Shown here: positions 49,381-61,090 of the stretch, piece after piece
How the letters are laid out: each line of letters begins with the position of its first letter
How positions within the stretch are numbered: position 1 is the stretch's first letter
Assembly (NCBI GenBank): GCA_964461055.1
Contig: CAYWSG010000004.1
Span: 32,792 to 96,791, forward strand
Length of the DNA stretch: 64,000 bases
Direction of reading: 5' to 3'
DNA from: an uncultured Enterobacteriaceae bacterium
GTDB taxonomy: Bacteria; Pseudomonadota; Gammaproteobacteria; Burkholderiales; SG8-39
Notes under the pieces: generated by a model
Database searches by the model: none
Told to the model about the DNA's origin: nothing
Seen by the model: only the letters and a program-made list of their open reading frames with translations
Position numbers and translations under genes: made by a program

Positions 49381-49850
49381 GCGGCGGCCTTCTTCGCTTC
49401 GGCCTTCTTCGAGCCCTCGGCTTTCTTCGAGCCTTCCTTTTTCGCCGGCTTCTTCCTTTTCTCTTCCGCGGGCGCGGCGGCAGCCGTCTCTTCCCCGCGC
49501 TCGACGAGCATCACCAGCGCGAGGGGGGCGTTGTCGCCCTTGCGGAAGCCCGTCTTGAGGATGCGCAGATAGCCGCCGTTCCTCTTGGCGAAGCGCGGGC
49601 CGAGGTCGTCGAACAGCTTGACCACGATCTCCCGGTCGCGCAGCCGGTCGAAGGCGAGGCGCCGGTTCGCGAGCGAGGGCTTCTTGCCGAGGGTGATCAT
49701 CGGCTCGACCACCCGCCGGAGCTCCTTCGCCTTCGGCAGCGTCGTGCGGATCTCCTCGTGGCGCAGCAGCGAGACGGTCATGTTGCGAAGCATCGCGAGC
49801 CGGTGGCTCGACGTGCGGTTGAGCTTGCGAAGTCCGTGTCCGTGGCGCAT
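49377..49850 (-). CDS. rplQ: 50S ribosomal protein L17, with Lys/Ala-rich C-terminal tail
   Basis: [17 protein letters not shown]. Last gene of the alpha operon. 157 aa. Confidence 0.95.
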   Translation of the reverse strand: MRHGHGLRKLNRTSSHRLAMLRNMTVSLLRHEEIRTTLPKAKELRRVVEPMITLGKKPSLANRRLAFDRLRDREIVVKLFDDLGPRFAKRNGGYLRILKTGFRKGDNAPLALVMLVERGEETAAAAPAEEKRKKPAKKEGSKKAEGSKKAEAKKAAA

Positions 49851-49906
49851 GGGACCTGTTTCCGATTCGTGCGTTCTTGGTGTGCGTTCCTGCCGGCTTG
49901 CGTGCC

Positions 49907-50887
49907 CTAGGCGCGGTGCTCGAGGCCGGCCGGCGGCCAGTTCTCGAGCTTCATCCCGAGCGTGAGGCCGCGCGAGGCGAGCACTTCCTTGATCTCGTTG
50001 AGCGACTTGCGGCCGAGGTTCGGCGTCTTGAGGAGCTCGGTCTCGGTGCGCTGGATCAGGTCGCCGATGTAGTAGATGTTCTCGGCCTTGAGGCAGTTGG
50101 CCGAGCGCACCGTGAGCTCGAGGTCGTCCACCGGGCGCAGCAGGATCGGGTCGACCGCCGGCGACTTCGGCTGCTCGGCGGGCAACGCGGTGCCCTCGAG
50201 CTGGGCGAAGACGGAGAGCTGGTCGACCAGCACGCGCGCGGCGTACCGGATGGCCTCTTCGGGCTCGATGGCGCCGTTCGTCTCGATGTCCATGATCAGC
50301 TTGTCGAGGTCGGTGCGCTGCTCGACGCGCGCGGACTCCACCGCGTAGGAGACGCGGCGCACCGGGCTGAACGAGGCATCGAGGATGATGCGGCCGATGC
50401 CCTTGGTCTCCTCGGGCAGGTAGCGCATGTTGCCCGGGACGTAGCCGCGCCCGGACTCGACCTTGATCTGCATCTCGAGCTTGCCGCCCGAGGCGAGATG
50501 GGCGATGACGTGGTCCGGGTTGACGACCTCGACGTCGTGCGACGGCTCGATGTCGGCCGCGGTGACCGGTCCTTCGCCGCTCTTCTTCAGGCTGAGGACG
50601 GCCTCGGCGCGGTTGTGCAGGCGGAACACGACGCCCTTCAGGTTGAGAAGGATGTCGACCACGTCCTCGCGCACCCCGTCGAGCGTGGAGTACTCGTGCA
50701 CGACGCCCGCGATCTGCACCTCGGTGGGCGCATAGCCCGGCATGGACGAAAGCAGCACGCGCCGCAGCGCGTTGCCGAGCGTGTGCCCGTAGCCGCGCTC
50801 GAACGGCTCCATGGTCACCCGTGCGTGGTTGGCCGAGAGGTTCTGGACATCGACAATCCGCGGCTTGAGAAATCCCGATTGCGGCAT
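49907..50887 (-). CDS. rpoA: DNA-directed RNA polymerase alpha subunit
   Basis: 326 aa. ...[15 protein letters not shown]... and C-terminal domain [12 protein letters not shown]. Confidence 0.97.
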   Translation of the reverse strand: MPQSGFLKPRIVDVQNLSANHARVTMEPFERGYGHTLGNALRRVLLSSMPGYAPTEVQIAGVVHEYSTLDGVREDVVDILLNLKGVVFRLHNRAEAVLSLKKSGEGPVTAADIEPSHDVEVVNPDHVIAHLASGGKLEMQIKVESGRGYVPGNMRYLPEETKGIGRIILDASFSPVRRVSYAVESARVEQRTDLDKLIMDIETNGAIEPEEAIRYAARVLVDQLSVFAQLEGTALPAEQPKSPAVDPILLRPVDDLELTVRSANCLKAENIYYIGDLIQRTETELLKTPNLGRKSLNEIKEVLASRGLTLGMKLENWPPAGLEHRA

Positions 50888-51004
50888 GGTGTTTAGGGTC
50901 CTATGTGCTTCGCGCGGTCCCGCGCGGTTGCTACGCCAAAGCGCTACGCATCTACCAGCAGGGCGCCGTCGATCCGGCCGCGGCGCCCCGCGTGTTCCTT
51001 CGTG

Positions 51005-51634
51005 TTACTTCGAGTACAGCTCGATGATGAGGCTCTCGTTGATCGAGGAGGAGAGATCGGCGCGCGCCGGCAGGCTCTTGAAGGTGCCTTTCAGCGCCTT
51101 GACGTCGACTTCCATCCAGTCGGGCAGCCCGCGCGACTCGGCCGCCTCGGCGGCCGCCTTGATGCGAAGCTGCTCCTTCGCCCGGCTGGCGACCTCCACC
51201 ACGTCGCCCGGGCGCACCTGGTAGGACGGGATGTTCACCCGCTTGCCGTTCACCAGGATGCCGTTGTGCCGCACGACCTGCCGCGCTTCCGCGCGCGAGG
51301 CGCCGAAGCCCATCCGGTAGGCGACCGTGTCGAGCCGCGTCTCGAGGCGCTGGAGAAGCTGCTCGCCGGTCACGCCCTTGCCGCGCGCAGCCTCGGCATA
51401 CGTGTTGCGGAACTGCCGCTCGAGCACGCCGTAGATCCGGCGCATCTTCTGCTTCTCGCGCAGCTGCTTGCCGTAGTCGGAGAGGCGAGCGCCGCTTTTC
51501 TGGCCGTGCTGGCCGGGGGCGTAGGCGCGCCGCTCGACCGCGCACTTGTCCGTGAAGCACTTCTCGCCCTTCAGGAAGAGCTTCTCCCCCTCCCGGCGGC
51601 ACTGGCGGCACTTGGCGTCTAGGTTTCGGGCCAT
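51005..51634 (-). CDS. rpsD: 30S ribosomal protein S4
   Basis: [26 protein letters not shown]. Operon position. Confidence 0.96.
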   Translation of the reverse strand: MARNLDAKCRQCRREGEKLFLKGEKCFTDKCAVERRAYAPGQHGQKSGARLSDYGKQLREKQKMRRIYGVLERQFRNTYAEAARGKGVTGEQLLQRLETRLDTVAYRMGFGASRAEARQVVRHNGILVNGKRVNIPSYQVRPGDVVEVASRAKEQLRIKAAAEAAESRGLPDWMEVDVKALKGTFKSLPARADLSSSINESLIIELYSK

Positions 51635-51652
51635 GTCTGTTGCGTCTCCTTG

Positions 51653-52078
51653 CTATACGCGCCGGCGCTTGGGCGGGCGGCAGCCGTTGTGCGGGATCGG
51701 GGTCACGTCGGAAATGCTGCCGATCTTGAGGCCGATGGCGTTCAGCGCGCGCACCGCGGACTCGCGGCCCGGGCCCGGGCCCTTGATGCGCACCTCGATG
51801 TTCTTCACCCCGCATTCCTGCGCCGCGCGTCCGGCGCGCTCGGCGGCCACCTGCGCCGCGAAGGGCGTGGACTTGCGCGAGCCCTTGAACCCCGCGTTGC
51901 CGGAAGTCGCCCAGGAGAGCGTGTTGCCCTGGCGGTCCGTGATCGTGATGATGGTGTTGTTGAACGACGCGTGCACGTGGGCGATGCCCTCGGCGACGTT
52001 CTTCTTGACCTTCTTCCGCGCGCGCGCGGCGGCCGTCTGCTGGAGTTCCTGCCGGGTCGGTTGGTTTCTGCTTGCCAT
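51653..52078 (-). CDS. rpsK: 30S ribosomal protein S11 (N-terminally extended)
   Basis: ...[22 protein letters not shown]. 141 aa. Confidence 0.95.
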   Translation of the reverse strand: MASRNQPTRQELQQTAAARARKKVKKNVAEGIAHVHASFNNTIITITDRQGNTLSWATSGNAGFKGSRKSTPFAAQVAAERAGRAAQECGVKNIEVRIKGPGPGRESAVRALNAIGLKIGSISDVTPIPHNGCRPPKRRRV

Positions 52079-52101
52079 GTGGTTTCCTGGTTACCGGCGC
52101 C

Positions 52102-52485
52102 TCAGCCCATCTTGCCGGCCGGCGTGTTGAGCTTCACGGCGGCCTTGCGCGGCCCCTTGCGGGTGCGGGCGTTCGTGCGCGTGCGCTGCCCGCGCACCGG
52201 CAGGCCCTTGCGGTGACGCATGCCGCGATAGCAGCCGAGGTCCATCAGCCGCTTGATGGACATCGAGACCTCGCGGCGCAGGTCGCCCTCGACGGCGAGC
52301 TTCGACACGTTGTCGCGCAGGCGGTCGAGCTCCGCGTCGGTGAGGTCCTTGATCTTGCGCGAGCCCTGCACGCCCGCGGCCTGGCAGATCGCCTGCGCCC
52401 GCGCGCGGCCAATGCCATAGATTGCGGTCAGCGCGATTTCCGCGTGCTGGTGATTCGGTACGTTGATGCCGGCGATGCGTGCCAT
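52102..52485 (-). CDS. rpsM: 30S ribosomal protein S13
   Basis: [26 protein letters not shown]. Confidence 0.96.
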   Translation of the reverse strand: MARIAGINVPNHQHAEIALTAIYGIGRARAQAICQAAGVQGSRKIKDLTDAELDRLRDNVSKLAVEGDLRREVSMSIKRLMDLGCYRGMRHRKGLPVRGQRTRTNARTRKGPRKAAVKLNTPAGKMG

Positions 52486-52497
52486 AGGGAACCCGAG

Positions 52498-52527
52498 ATT
52501 ATATCCGTATTAACAATGCTTTAGCAA
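52498..52527 (-). promoter_or_regulatory. Candidate alpha-operon promoter TTGCTA-n18-TATAAT
   Basis: Read on the minus strand in the AT-rich 52-bp rpmJ-rpsM spacer. The -10 ends only 12 nt before the rpsM ATG. Confidence 0.35.
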
Positions 52528-52537
52528 CCGCGCCGCC

Positions 52538-52651
52538 TCAGCCCTGGCGCTGCTTGTGCCGCGGGTCGGAGCAGATCACCCGCACCACGCGCTTGCGCCG
52601 CACGATCTTGCACTTGCGGCAGATCTTCTTCACCGATGCCATGACTTTCAT
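52538..52651 (-). CDS. rpmJ: 50S ribosomal protein L36
   Basis: Not in the ORF track (37 codons). My translation is [37 protein letters not shown]. Confidence 0.93.
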   Translation of the reverse strand: MKVMASVKKICRKCKIVRRKRVVRVICSDPRHKQRQG

Positions 52652-52662
52652 AGTTCCTTCCT

Positions 52663-52881
52663 CTACTTCGCTCTGAACGTTATGCGGCCCTTGGTGAGGT
52701 CGTACGGCGTCAGCTGGACCGTCACCTTGTCGCCGGGAAGGATGCGGATGTAGTTCATGCGCATCTTCCCGGAGATGAAGCAGTGGATGACGTGGCCATT
52801 CTCCAGCTTCACCCGGAACGTCGCGTTGGGCAGGTTCTCGACCACCTCCCCCTGCATTTCGATCACGTCTTCCTTGGCCAT
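52663..52881 (-). CDS. infA: Translation initiation factor IF-1
   Basis: ATG 52881. [30 protein letters not shown]. 72 aa. Confidence 0.95.
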   Translation of the reverse strand: MAKEDVIEMQGEVVENLPNATFRVKLENGHVIHCFISGKMRMNYIRILPGDKVTVQLTPYDLTKGRITFRAK

Positions 52882-52882
52882 G

Positions 52883-54205
52883 TCAGCGCACGGGCATTCC
52901 ACCCTTGAAATTGGCCTTGCGCAGCAGGCTTTCGTACTGGTGGGTCATCACGTAGGACTGGACCTGCGCCATGAAGTCCATCGTCACGACCACGATGATG
53001 AGGAGCGACGTGCCGCCGAAGTAGAAGGGCACGTTCCAGCGAAGGATGAGGAACTCGGGCAGCAGGCAGACCAGGGTCACGTAGATCGAGCCGGCGAGGG
53101 TCAGCCGCGTCAGGATGCGCTCCAGGTAGCGGGCGGTCTGCTCGCCGGGCCGGATGCCCGGGACGAAGGCGCCCGACTTCTTCAGGTTGTCCGCCGTCTC
53201 CTTGGGGTTGTACTGCAGCGCCGTATAGAAAAAGCAGAAGAAGATGATCATGGCGCCGTAGAGCAGCACGTAGATCGGCTGCCCGGGCGAGAGCATGCCG
53301 GCAAGGTCGCGCAGCCAGACGAGGCCCTCCGCGGAGCCGAACCAGCCGAGGAGCGTCGCCGGAAAGAGGATGAGCGAGCTCGCGAAGATCGGCGGAATGA
53401 CCCCCGACATGTTGAGCTTGAACGGCAGGTGCGAGGTCTGGCCCCCGTAGACCCGGTTTCCGACCTGTCGCTTGGCGTAGTTCACCAGGATCTTGCGCTG
53501 GCCGCGCTCGACGAAGCAGACGAACGCCGTCACGACGACGACGGCGATGGCGATGAGGAGCGCCGTAAGCGGGTGCATGGCGCCCGTGCGCACGAGCTCG
53601 AGCGTCCCGGCGATGGCGCTCGGCAGTCCCGCGGCGATGCCGGCAAAGATGATGAGCGAGATGCCGTTGCCCAGCCCGCGCTCGGTGATCTGCTCGCCGA
53701 GCCACATCAGGAACATGGTGCCGGTGACGAGCGTGGTGACCGTGGTGATGCGGAACATGAGCCCGGGGTCGAGCACGAGCCCCGGCTGCGACTCGAGCGC
53801 CACCGAGATGCCGGTCGCCTGGAAGAGGGCGAGGAACACCGTCCCGTAGCGCGTGTACTGGGTGATCTTGCGCCGGCCCGACTCGCCTTCCTTGCGCAGC
53901 TGGTCGAGCTGCGGGCTCACCGCCGTCATGAGCTGCATGATGATGGCGGCGGAGATGTAGGGCATGATGCCGAGGGCGAAGATCGTGAAGCGCGACAGGG
54001 CGCCCCCGGAGAACATGTTGAACATGCCGAGGATGCCGCCCTGCTGGCCCTGGAAGAGGTCGGCGAGGACGTTCGGGTCGATGCCGGGCACCGGAATGTG
54101 CGCGCCCACGCGGAAGACGGCGAGCGCGCCGAGCAGGAAGAGCAGCCGGCGCTTGAGGTCGCCGTACTTCGCCCCCTTGCCGACGTTGGGAAGAGCGGTC
54201 GCCAT
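52883..54205 (-). CDS. secY: Preprotein translocase subunit SecY
   Basis: 440 aa with ten hydrophobic helices. Operon position. Confidence 0.96.
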   Translation of the reverse strand: MATALPNVGKGAKYGDLKRRLLFLLGALAVFRVGAHIPVPGIDPNVLADLFQGQQGGILGMFNMFSGGALSRFTIFALGIMPYISAAIIMQLMTAVSPQLDQLRKEGESGRRKITQYTRYGTVFLALFQATGISVALESQPGLVLDPGLMFRITTVTTLVTGTMFLMWLGEQITERGLGNGISLIIFAGIAAGLPSAIAGTLELVRTGAMHPLTALLIAIAVVVVTAFVCFVERGQRKILVNYAKRQVGNRVYGGQTSHLPFKLNMSGVIPPIFASSLILFPATLLGWFGSAEGLVWLRDLAGMLSPGQPIYVLLYGAMIIFFCFFYTALQYNPKETADNLKKSGAFVPGIRPGEQTARYLERILTRLTLAGSIYVTLVCLLPEFLILRWNVPFYFGGTSLLIIVVVTMDFMAQVQSYVMTHQYESLLRKANFKGGMPVR

Positions 54206-54705
54206 CAGCCGGCTTGCGCGCCCTCTGCTTTAGGCTTCTTCTGGAGCTTGCCGGGCGCGGCGGCCTGCGGCGCCGCCTCGACCGCTCCGCCGGCCGCCTC
54301 GATGGCCTGGCGGGCGCCCTTCGACACGCCGAGGTGCTTCAGCGTGATCTTGCGCGTCAGCTTGCCGGACAGGATCACCTTGGCGGAAAGGGCCCGCTGC
54401 GGGATGACCCGCTCGGCCTTGAGCGCGGCGAGGTCGATCGCCGTCGCCTTCATCGCCTCGAGCTCGCTCGTGCGCACTTCGTGCACGTCGTCGCGGGTGG
54501 GCGAGGTGAAGCCGCGCTTCGGCAGCCGCCGATGCAGCGGCATCTGGCCGCCCTCGAAGCCGACCTTGTGGAAGCCGCCCGAGCGCGCGCGCTGGCCCTT
54601 GTGGCCGCGCCCCGCGGTCTTGCCCCAGCCGGAGCCGACGCCGCGACCGATGCGGTGGCGGGTCTTCTTCGAGCCCGGCGCGGGCTTCAGGTCATTCAGT
54701 CTCAT
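54205..54705 (-). CDS. rplO: 50S ribosomal protein L15 (C-terminally extended)
   Basis: [14 protein letters not shown]...GRGHKGQ. 166 aa. Confidence 0.95.
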   Translation of the reverse strand: MRLNDLKPAPGSKKTRHRIGRGVGSGWGKTAGRGHKGQRARSGGFHKVGFEGGQMPLHRRLPKRGFTSPTRDDVHEVRTSELEAMKATAIDLAALKAERVIPQRALSAKVILSGKLTRKITLKHLGVSKGARQAIEAAGGAVEAAPQAAAPGKLQKKPKAEGAQAG

Positions 54706-54727
54706 AGCGATTCCCTCGGGGATTCCT

Positions 54728-54904
54728 TCAGGCGTCGATGCGCACGAGGTACGCGACCTTGTTGATCATTCCCCGGACCTCGGGGGTGTCGGCGAGCTCG
54801 GCCACGCTGTTGATCCGCTTCAGGCCCAGGCCGCGGATCGTGTCGCGGTGGTCCCGGCGGGTGCCGGCGAGCCCCTTCACGAGGCGAACCTTGATCTTCT
54901 TCAT
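54728..54904 (-). CDS. rpmD: 50S ribosomal protein L30
   Basis: ATG 54904 (ATGA overlap with the rpsE stop). [28 protein letters not shown]. Confidence 0.93.
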   Translation of the reverse strand: MKKIKVRLVKGLAGTRRDHRDTIRGLGLKRINSVAELADTPEVRGMINKVAYLVRIDA

Positions 54905-55419
54905 CCGAGGATCTCCTCGACCGTCTTGCCGCGCTTCGCGGCGATCTCGGCCGGCGTGTTCATGGCCTGCAGGCCGTTCAGCGTCGCCCGCACCACGTTG
55001 TAGGGGTTGGTCGAGCCGAAGCACTTGGCGAGGATGTTGGTCATGCCCATCACCTCGAAGACCGCCCGCATGGGGCCGCCCGCGATGATGCCGGTGCCCT
55101 CGGTCGCCGGCTGCATCAGCACCTTGGCCGAGCCGTGGCGGCCGATGACGGCGTGGTGCAGGGTGCCGTTCTTCAGCTTCACCTTGAAGAGCTTGCGGCG
55201 GGCTTCCTCCATCGCCTTCTGCACGGCGACGGGCACCTCGCGGGCCTTGCCCTTGCCCATGCCGATGCCGCCGTCGCCGTCGCCGACCACGGTCAGCGCG
55301 GCGAAGCCGAGCACCCGGCCGCCCTTCACGACCTTGGTCACGCGATTGACCGCCACCATCTTCTCGCGCAGGCCGTCGCCGCGCTCTTCCTGCTGCATCC
55401 TGGGCTGGATCTTTGCCAT
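54901..55419 (-). CDS. rpsE: 30S ribosomal protein S5
   Basis: ...[19 protein letters not shown]. Confidence 0.96.
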   Translation of the reverse strand: MAKIQPRMQQEERGDGLREKMVAVNRVTKVVKGGRVLGFAALTVVGDGDGGIGMGKGKAREVPVAVQKAMEEARRKLFKVKLKNGTLHHAVIGRHGSAKVLMQPATEGTGIIAGGPMRAVFEVMGMTNILAKCFGSTNPYNVVRATLNGLQAMNTPAEIAAKRGKTVEEILG

Positions 55420-55429
55420 GTCGGTTTCC

Positions 55430-55786
55430 TCAGAACTTCAGTCCGCCGGCGCGCGCCGCCTCGGCGAGCGCCTTGACGCGGCCGTGGTAGCGGTAGCCGG
55501 CGCGGTCGAAGGCCACCTGCTCGATGCCCTTCTCCTTCGCCTTCTGCGCGATCCGCTGGCCGATCAGCTCGGCGGCCTTGCGGTTGCCGCCGTGCTTGAG
55601 CTGGCTGCGCACGTCCTTCTCGAGCGAGGAGGCGGCCGCGATGACCTTGTCCCCCGTCGGCGTGGTGATCTGCGCGTAGATGTGGCCGTTGGTGCGGTGC
55701 ACCGTGAGCCGCGCCGCCGCGACTTCGCGGATGCGCAGGCGCGTCTGTCGCGCGCGGCGGAGTCGTGCAATCTTCTTGTCGCTCAT
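55430..55786 (-). CDS. rplR: 50S ribosomal protein L18
   Basis: ATG 55786. [16 protein letters not shown]...[16 protein letters not shown]. Confidence 0.95.
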   Translation of the reverse strand: MSDKKIARLRRARQTRLRIREVAAARLTVHRTNGHIYAQITTPTGDKVIAAASSLEKDVRSQLKHGGNRKAAELIGQRIAQKAKEKGIEQVAFDRAGYRYHGRVKALAEAARAGGLKF

Positions 55787-55791
55787 GGCCG

Positions 55792-56325
55792 TTACTTCTT
55801 CTTCGTCTCTTTCAACACGATGACCTCGTCGGCATAGCGCACGCCCTTGCCCTTGTAGGGCTCGGGGGGGCGAAGGCCGCGCACTTCGGCGGCCACCTGC
55901 CCTACGAGCTGCTTGTCGATGCCCGAGATGACGATCTCGGTCTGCGTCGGGGTCGCCACCTTCACGCCCTTGGGCATCTGGTGCACGACCGGATGCGAGA
56001 AGCCGAGCGAGAGATTCAGCTTGTCGCCCTGCGCCTGGGCCCGGAAGCCGACGCCGACGAGCGAGAGCTTCTTCTCGAAGCCCTTCGTCACGCCCGTGAC
56101 CATGTTGGCGACGAGCGCCCGCATGGTGCCGGACATGGCGCTGGCATGGTTGGAGTTCCCGAGCGGCTTGCACAGAAGCTCGTCGCCCTCGCGCTCGACG
56201 GCGACGTTCGGGTCGGCCGCGCGCGCGATCGCGCCAAGCGGGCCTTTCACCGAGATCTGGCCGGCGGCGACGGACACTTCGACGCCCTTCGGGACCGGGA
56301 TCGGGTACTTTGCGATGCGGGACAT
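55792..56325 (-). CDS. rplF: 50S ribosomal protein L6
   Basis: [17 protein letters not shown]. Confidence 0.96.
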   Translation of the reverse strand: MSRIAKYPIPVPKGVEVSVAAGQISVKGPLGAIARAADPNVAVEREGDELLCKPLGNSNHASAMSGTMRALVANMVTGVTKGFEKKLSLVGVGFRAQAQGDKLNLSLGFSHPVVHQMPKGVKVATPTQTEIVISGIDKQLVGQVAAEVRGLRPPEPYKGKGVRYADEVIVLKETKKK

Positions 56326-56338
56326 GGTTCTCGCTTCC

Positions 56339-56734
56339 TCAGGCCACGATGCAGAGCACTTCGCCGCCGACGCCGTCGGCGCGCGCCTTGCGATCGGTCA
56401 TCACGCCGCGCGAGGTCGACAGGATCGCCACGCCCAGGCCGTTCATGACCCTGGGGATGTCGTCGCGGCCGCGATACACGCGCAGCCCCGGCTTCGACAC
56501 GCGCTCCAGGCGCTCGATCACCGGCTTGCCCGCGTAGTACTTGAGGCCGATGCGCAGCTCCTTCTTCGGGCCTTCCTCCCGCACCGCGAAGTCCTCGATG
56601 TAGCCCTCGTCCTTGAGGACCTTGGCGATGGAGGCCTTCAGCCGGGAGGCCGGCATCGCCACTTCCGGATGGCCCACCATCTGGGCATTGCGGATACGCA
56701 CCAGCATGTCGGCGATCGGATCGGTCATGCTCAT
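56339..56734 (-). CDS. rpsH: 30S ribosomal protein S8
   Basis: [17 protein letters not shown]. Confidence 0.96.
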   Translation of the reverse strand: MSMTDPIADMLVRIRNAQMVGHPEVAMPASRLKASIAKVLKDEGYIEDFAVREEGPKKELRIGLKYYAGKPVIERLERVSKPGLRVYRGRDDIPRVMNGLGVAILSTSRGVMTDRKARADGVGGEVLCIVA

Positions 56735-56744
56735 CGAGGTCTCC

Positions 56745-57050
56745 TTACCAGCTCGCCTTGATGACGCCGGGCACCTCGCCCCGCAGGGCGAGCTCGCGCA
56801 GCTTGTTGCGCCCCAGGCCGAACTTGCGATAGACGCCGCGCGGGCGTCCCGTCATCGCGCAGCGGTTGCGCAGGCGCACGGGCGAGGCGTCGCGCGGCAG
56901 CTTCTGCAGCTTCGCGCGCGCGATCTCCTTCGCCTCGTCCGAGGCGCGGGGGTCGTAGATCACCTCGAGCAGCTCCAGGCGCTTCGCCTTGAACTTCTCC
57001 ACCGTCTTGCGCCGCTTCTGTTCCCGGAGCTTGAGTGCGAGCTTGGCCAT
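56745..57050 (-). CDS. rpsN: 30S ribosomal protein S14
   Basis: [13 protein letters not shown]...KASW. 101 aa (long, non-zinc form). Confidence 0.95.
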   Translation of the reverse strand: MAKLALKLREQKRRKTVEKFKAKRLELLEVIYDPRASDEAKEIARAKLQKLPRDASPVRLRNRCAMTGRPRGVYRKFGLGRNKLRELALRGEVPGVIKASW

Positions 57051-57059
57051 GGGTCTCTT

Positions 57060-57731
57060 TCAGTTTCTGAAGGGGAAGCGGAACGCGCCGAGGAGCGCGC
57101 GCGCCTCGTCGTCCGTCTTCGCCGTGGTTGTGATGGCGATGTTCATTCCCCGCAGCGCGTCGATCTTGTCGTACTCGATCTCGGGGAAGATGATCTGCTC
57201 CTTGATGCCGAGGTTGTAGTTGCCCTGCCCGTCGAAGGCGCGGGCCGACACGCCGCGGAAATCGCGGATGCGCGGGATCGCGATGTTGACCAGGCGGTCG
57301 AGGAACTCGTACATCCGGGCGCCGCGCAGCGTCACCATGCAGCCGATCGGGAAGCCGGCGCGCACCTTGAAGTTGGCGATCGACTTGCGCGCCTTCGTCA
57401 CCACCGGCTTCTGGCCGGCGATCCGGGCCATGTCGGCCACCGCGTTGTCGAGGATCTTCCGGTCGGCGGTCGTCTCGCCCACGCCCATGTTGAGCGTGAT
57501 CTTGCGGATGCGCGGCACCTGCATGACCGTCTTGTAGCCGAACTTCTGCATGAGATCCGGCACGACCTTCTCGCGGTAGAGCACGGCGAGCCGCGGCGGG
57601 GGCCCTTTCTGCTCGGGGCCGCCGGCGGGCGCTGCGGCCTGCTTGGCCGCCGCCTCCTTGCGCGACGCCTTTGCCGGCTTCGCCTGCACCTGCTTGTCCT
57701 GCTTGGGTTTTGCTTCCTTTTCCTTGGCCAT
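57060..57731 (-). CDS. rplE: 50S ribosomal protein L5 with ~45-aa Lys/Ala/Pro-rich N-terminal extension
   Basis: Core ...[38 protein letters not shown] 57731 lies 22 nt after the rplX stop. Alternative internal GTG at 57584. Confidence 0.9.
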   Translation of the reverse strand: MAKEKEAKPKQDKQVQAKPAKASRKEAAAKQAAAPAGGPEQKGPPPRLAVLYREKVVPDLMQKFGYKTVMQVPRIRKITLNMGVGETTADRKILDNAVADMARIAGQKPVVTKARKSIANFKVRAGFPIGCMVTLRGARMYEFLDRLVNIAIPRIRDFRGVSARAFDGQGNYNLGIKEQIIFPEIEYDKIDALRGMNIAITTTAKTDDEARALLGAFRFPFRN

Positions 57732-57753
57732 GGGCTAGCTTCTCGCGGTTACC

Positions 57754-58071
57754 TTAGGCTTCGACCTGCTCGCCGTTCGCCTTGAAGACGCGCACCTTGC
57801 GACCGTCCTGCAGCGTCTTGATGCCGACGCGGTCGCCCTTCTTCGCGGCGGGATTGAAGAGCGCCACGTTGGAGACGTGGATCGGCTTGTCGAGGTCGAC
57901 GATGCCGCCCGTCACGCCCTTCATCGGATTGGGGCGCTGGTGCTTCTTCACCCGGTTCACGCCCTCGACGACGACGCGGTCGGCGCCCACGCGCCGCAGC
58001 ACCGTGCCGCGCTTGCCCTTGTCGCGGCCGGCGATCACCACCACCTCGTCACCTTTGCGAATGCGTTGCAT
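57754..58071 (-). CDS. rplX: 50S ribosomal protein L24
   Basis: [22 protein letters not shown]. Confidence 0.96.
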   Translation of the reverse strand: MQRIRKGDEVVVIAGRDKGKRGTVLRRVGADRVVVEGVNRVKKHQRPNPMKGVTGGIVDLDKPIHVSNVALFNPAAKKGDRVGIKTLQDGRKVRVFKANGEQVEA

Positions 58072-58104
58072 CTCGGATTCCGTCTGGTTCGCGTTGGAGG
58101 ATCG

Positions 58105-58473
58105 TTAGAGAACTTCGGGCGCGAGCGACACGATCTTCATGAACTGCTCGGTGCGCAGCTCACGCGTCACCGGGCCGAAGATGCGGGTGCCGATCGGCTC
58201 GAGCTTGGCGCTGAGGAGCACGGCCGCATTGTGGTCGAAGCGGATGAGCGAGCCGTCGGCGCGGCGAACGCCCTTGGCGGTGCGCACCACGACCGCGTGG
58301 TAGATCTCGCCCTTCTTCACGCGCCCGCGCGGCGCAGCGTCCTTGACGCTCACCTTGATGACATCGCCGATCGAGGCGTAGCGCCGCTTCGAGCCGCCGA
58401 GCACCTTGATGCACATCACCGAGCGCGCGCCGGTGTTGTCGGCGACGTCCAATACGGACTGCATCTGAATCAT
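58105..58473 (-). CDS. rplN: 50S ribosomal protein L14
   Basis: [17 protein letters not shown]. Confidence 0.97.
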   Translation of the reverse strand: MIQMQSVLDVADNTGARSVMCIKVLGGSKRRYASIGDVIKVSVKDAAPRGRVKKGEIYHAVVVRTAKGVRRADGSLIRFDHNAAVLLSAKLEPIGTRIFGPVTRELRTEQFMKIVSLAPEVL

Positions 58474-58588
58474 TGTTGTTTCTCCACTCCAACTTGCACC
58501 GCCAGGCGGTGCAGTTTTGGATCCCGTCCGGGTCTAGGCCGGCCGCGCGGCTTTGCCGGGCCGGCCAGAAAAACGTAAGGGCGGGATT

Positions 58589-58894
58589 TTAGACGCCCTT
58601 CGATTTCTCCACAAGCCTCGTGACGCGCCAGGACTTCGTCCGCGACACGGGGCGGCACTCCGCGATCTCCACCAGGTCGCCGTCGGCGTACTCGCCGGCC
58701 TCGACGTGGGCGTGGTACTTGCGCGAGCGCGTGATGGTCTTGCCCATGAGCGGGTCGCGCACGCGCCGATCGACGCGCACGACCACGGTCTTGCGCATCT
58801 TGGTGCTCGTCACCCGCCCGATCAGCTTGCGCTGCGTCTTCGTCGGGACGGCTGCTTTCTGCTCCGGGGCCTGCCCGGCGGCGGCGGCGTTCAT
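58589..58894 (-). CDS. rpsQ: 30S ribosomal protein S17 (N-terminally extended)
   Basis: ...[20 protein letters not shown]. 101 aa. Confidence 0.94.
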   Translation of the reverse strand: MNAAAAGQAPEQKAAVPTKTQRKLIGRVTSTKMRKTVVVRVDRRVRDPLMGKTITRSRKYHAHVEAGEYADGDLVEIAECRPVSRTKSWRVTRLVEKSKGV

Positions 58895-59082
58895 CTGGCG
58901 GCCTTCTCCTTCATGACGGTGCGCACCCGCGCGATGTCGCGGCGCACCTTCTTCAGTTGGCTGGTGTTGCTCAATTGCTGGGTGGCGATCTGCATCCGCA
59001 GGCCGAACTGCGCCCGCAGCAGCCCTTCCAGCTCCTTCTGCAGGTCCTCGCCGCTCTTGGCGCGAAGCTCGCTCGCTTTCAT
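58891..59082 (-). CDS. rpmC: 50S ribosomal protein L29
   Basis: [18 protein letters not shown]. Confidence 0.95.
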   Translation of the reverse strand: MKASELRAKSGEDLQKELEGLLRAQFGLRMQIATQQLSNTSQLKKVRRDIARVRTVMKEKAAR

Positions 59083-59107
59083 GTCGTGCGTCCTGTGGCG
59101 GAGGGGG

Positions 59108-59524
59108 TCAGGCGCCCAGCATGCGCTGGACGACCACGGTGCGGAACGGCAGCTTGGCGGCCGCGAGCGCGAACGCCTCCCGCGCGAGCGCCTCGGTGAC
59201 GCCGTCCATCTCGAAGAGCACCTTGCCGGGCTGGATCTCCGCGACGAAGTACTCGGGGTTGCCCTTGCCGTTGCCCATGCGCACCTCGGCGGGCTTGGTC
59301 GAGATCGGCTTGTCCGGGAAGACCCGGATCCAGATGCGCCCGCCGCGCTTGATGTGGCGGGACATCGCGCGCCGGGCAGCCTCGAGCTGGCGCGCCGTCA
59401 GGCGGCCCCGGCTCAGCGCTTTCAGCCCGTGCTCGCCGAAGGACACCTTGTTGCCGCGCGTGGCGATGCCCGTGTTGCGGCCCTTGTGCTGCTTGCGGTA
59501 CTTGGTTCTTGCCGGTTGAAGCAT
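59108..59524 (-). CDS. rplP: 50S ribosomal protein L16
   Basis: [19 protein letters not shown]. Confidence 0.97.
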   Translation of the reverse strand: MLQPARTKYRKQHKGRNTGIATRGNKVSFGEHGLKALSRGRLTARQLEAARRAMSRHIKRGGRIWIRVFPDKPISTKPAEVRMGNGKGNPEYFVAEIQPGKVLFEMDGVTEALAREAFALAAAKLPFRTVVVQRMLGA

Positions 59525-59526
59525 GG

Positions 59527-60417
<891 letters not shown>

Positions 60418-60426
60418 GAGCTTTCC

Positions 60427-60756
60427 TCAGTCGCCTACCGTGATGAAGATGTGGCAGGTCTGCTTGGTGACGCGGTTGCCGCGCCCCTTGGCGCGGGCCT
60501 GGAAGCGCTTCAGGAACATGCCGCGCTCCACGTGGATGGTCTTCACCTTCAGCGTGTCGATGTCCGCGCCGTCGTTGTGCTCGGCGTTGGCGATGGCCGA
60601 CTCGAGCACCTTGCGCACGATGGCGGCCCCCTTCTTCGGCGTGAAGGCGAGGATGTTGATCGCCTGGTCGACGGGCTTGCCGCGGATCAGGTCCGCGACC
60701 AGCCGGCCCTTCTGGGCGGAGAGCCGCGCGCCGCGGAGAATTGCCTTGGTTTCCAT
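60427..60756 (-). CDS. rplV: 50S ribosomal protein L22
   Basis: [26 protein letters not shown]. Confidence 0.96.
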   Translation of the reverse strand: METKAILRGARLSAQKGRLVADLIRGKPVDQAINILAFTPKKGAAIVRKVLESAIANAEHNDGADIDTLKVKTIHVERGMFLKRFQARAKGRGNRVTKQTCHIFITVGD

Positions 60757-60766
60757 CGCCTGCTCC

Positions 60767-61078
60767 TTACTTCGGCGCCGCCGGGGCCGCCGGCTTGACG
60801 GCCTGGTCGGTGCGCTTGCCCGCCGCCGAGTGGCCCTTGAAGGTGCGCGTGATCGCGAACTCGCCGAGCTTGTGCCCGACCATGTTCTCGGTGACGTACA
60901 CGGGAATGTGCTGCTTGCCGTTGTGCACGGCGATCGTCAGGCCGACGAAGTCGGGCACGATCGTCGAGCGGCGCGACCAGGTCTTGATCGGGCGCTTGTC
61001 GTTGGTGCTGCGGGCCTTCTCGACCTTGGCCATGAGGTGGAGGTCGACGAACGGTCCCTTCTTGATTGAGCGTGCCAT
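60767..61078 (-). CDS. rpsS: 30S ribosomal protein S19 (C-terminally extended)
   Basis: [15 protein letters not shown]. 103 aa. Confidence 0.96.
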   Translation of the reverse strand: MARSIKKGPFVDLHLMAKVEKARSTNDKRPIKTWSRRSTIVPDFVGLTIAVHNGKQHIPVYVTENMVGHKLGEFAITRTFKGHSAAGKRTDQAVKPAAPAAPK

Positions 61079-61090
61079 GTGCGGCCTTCC

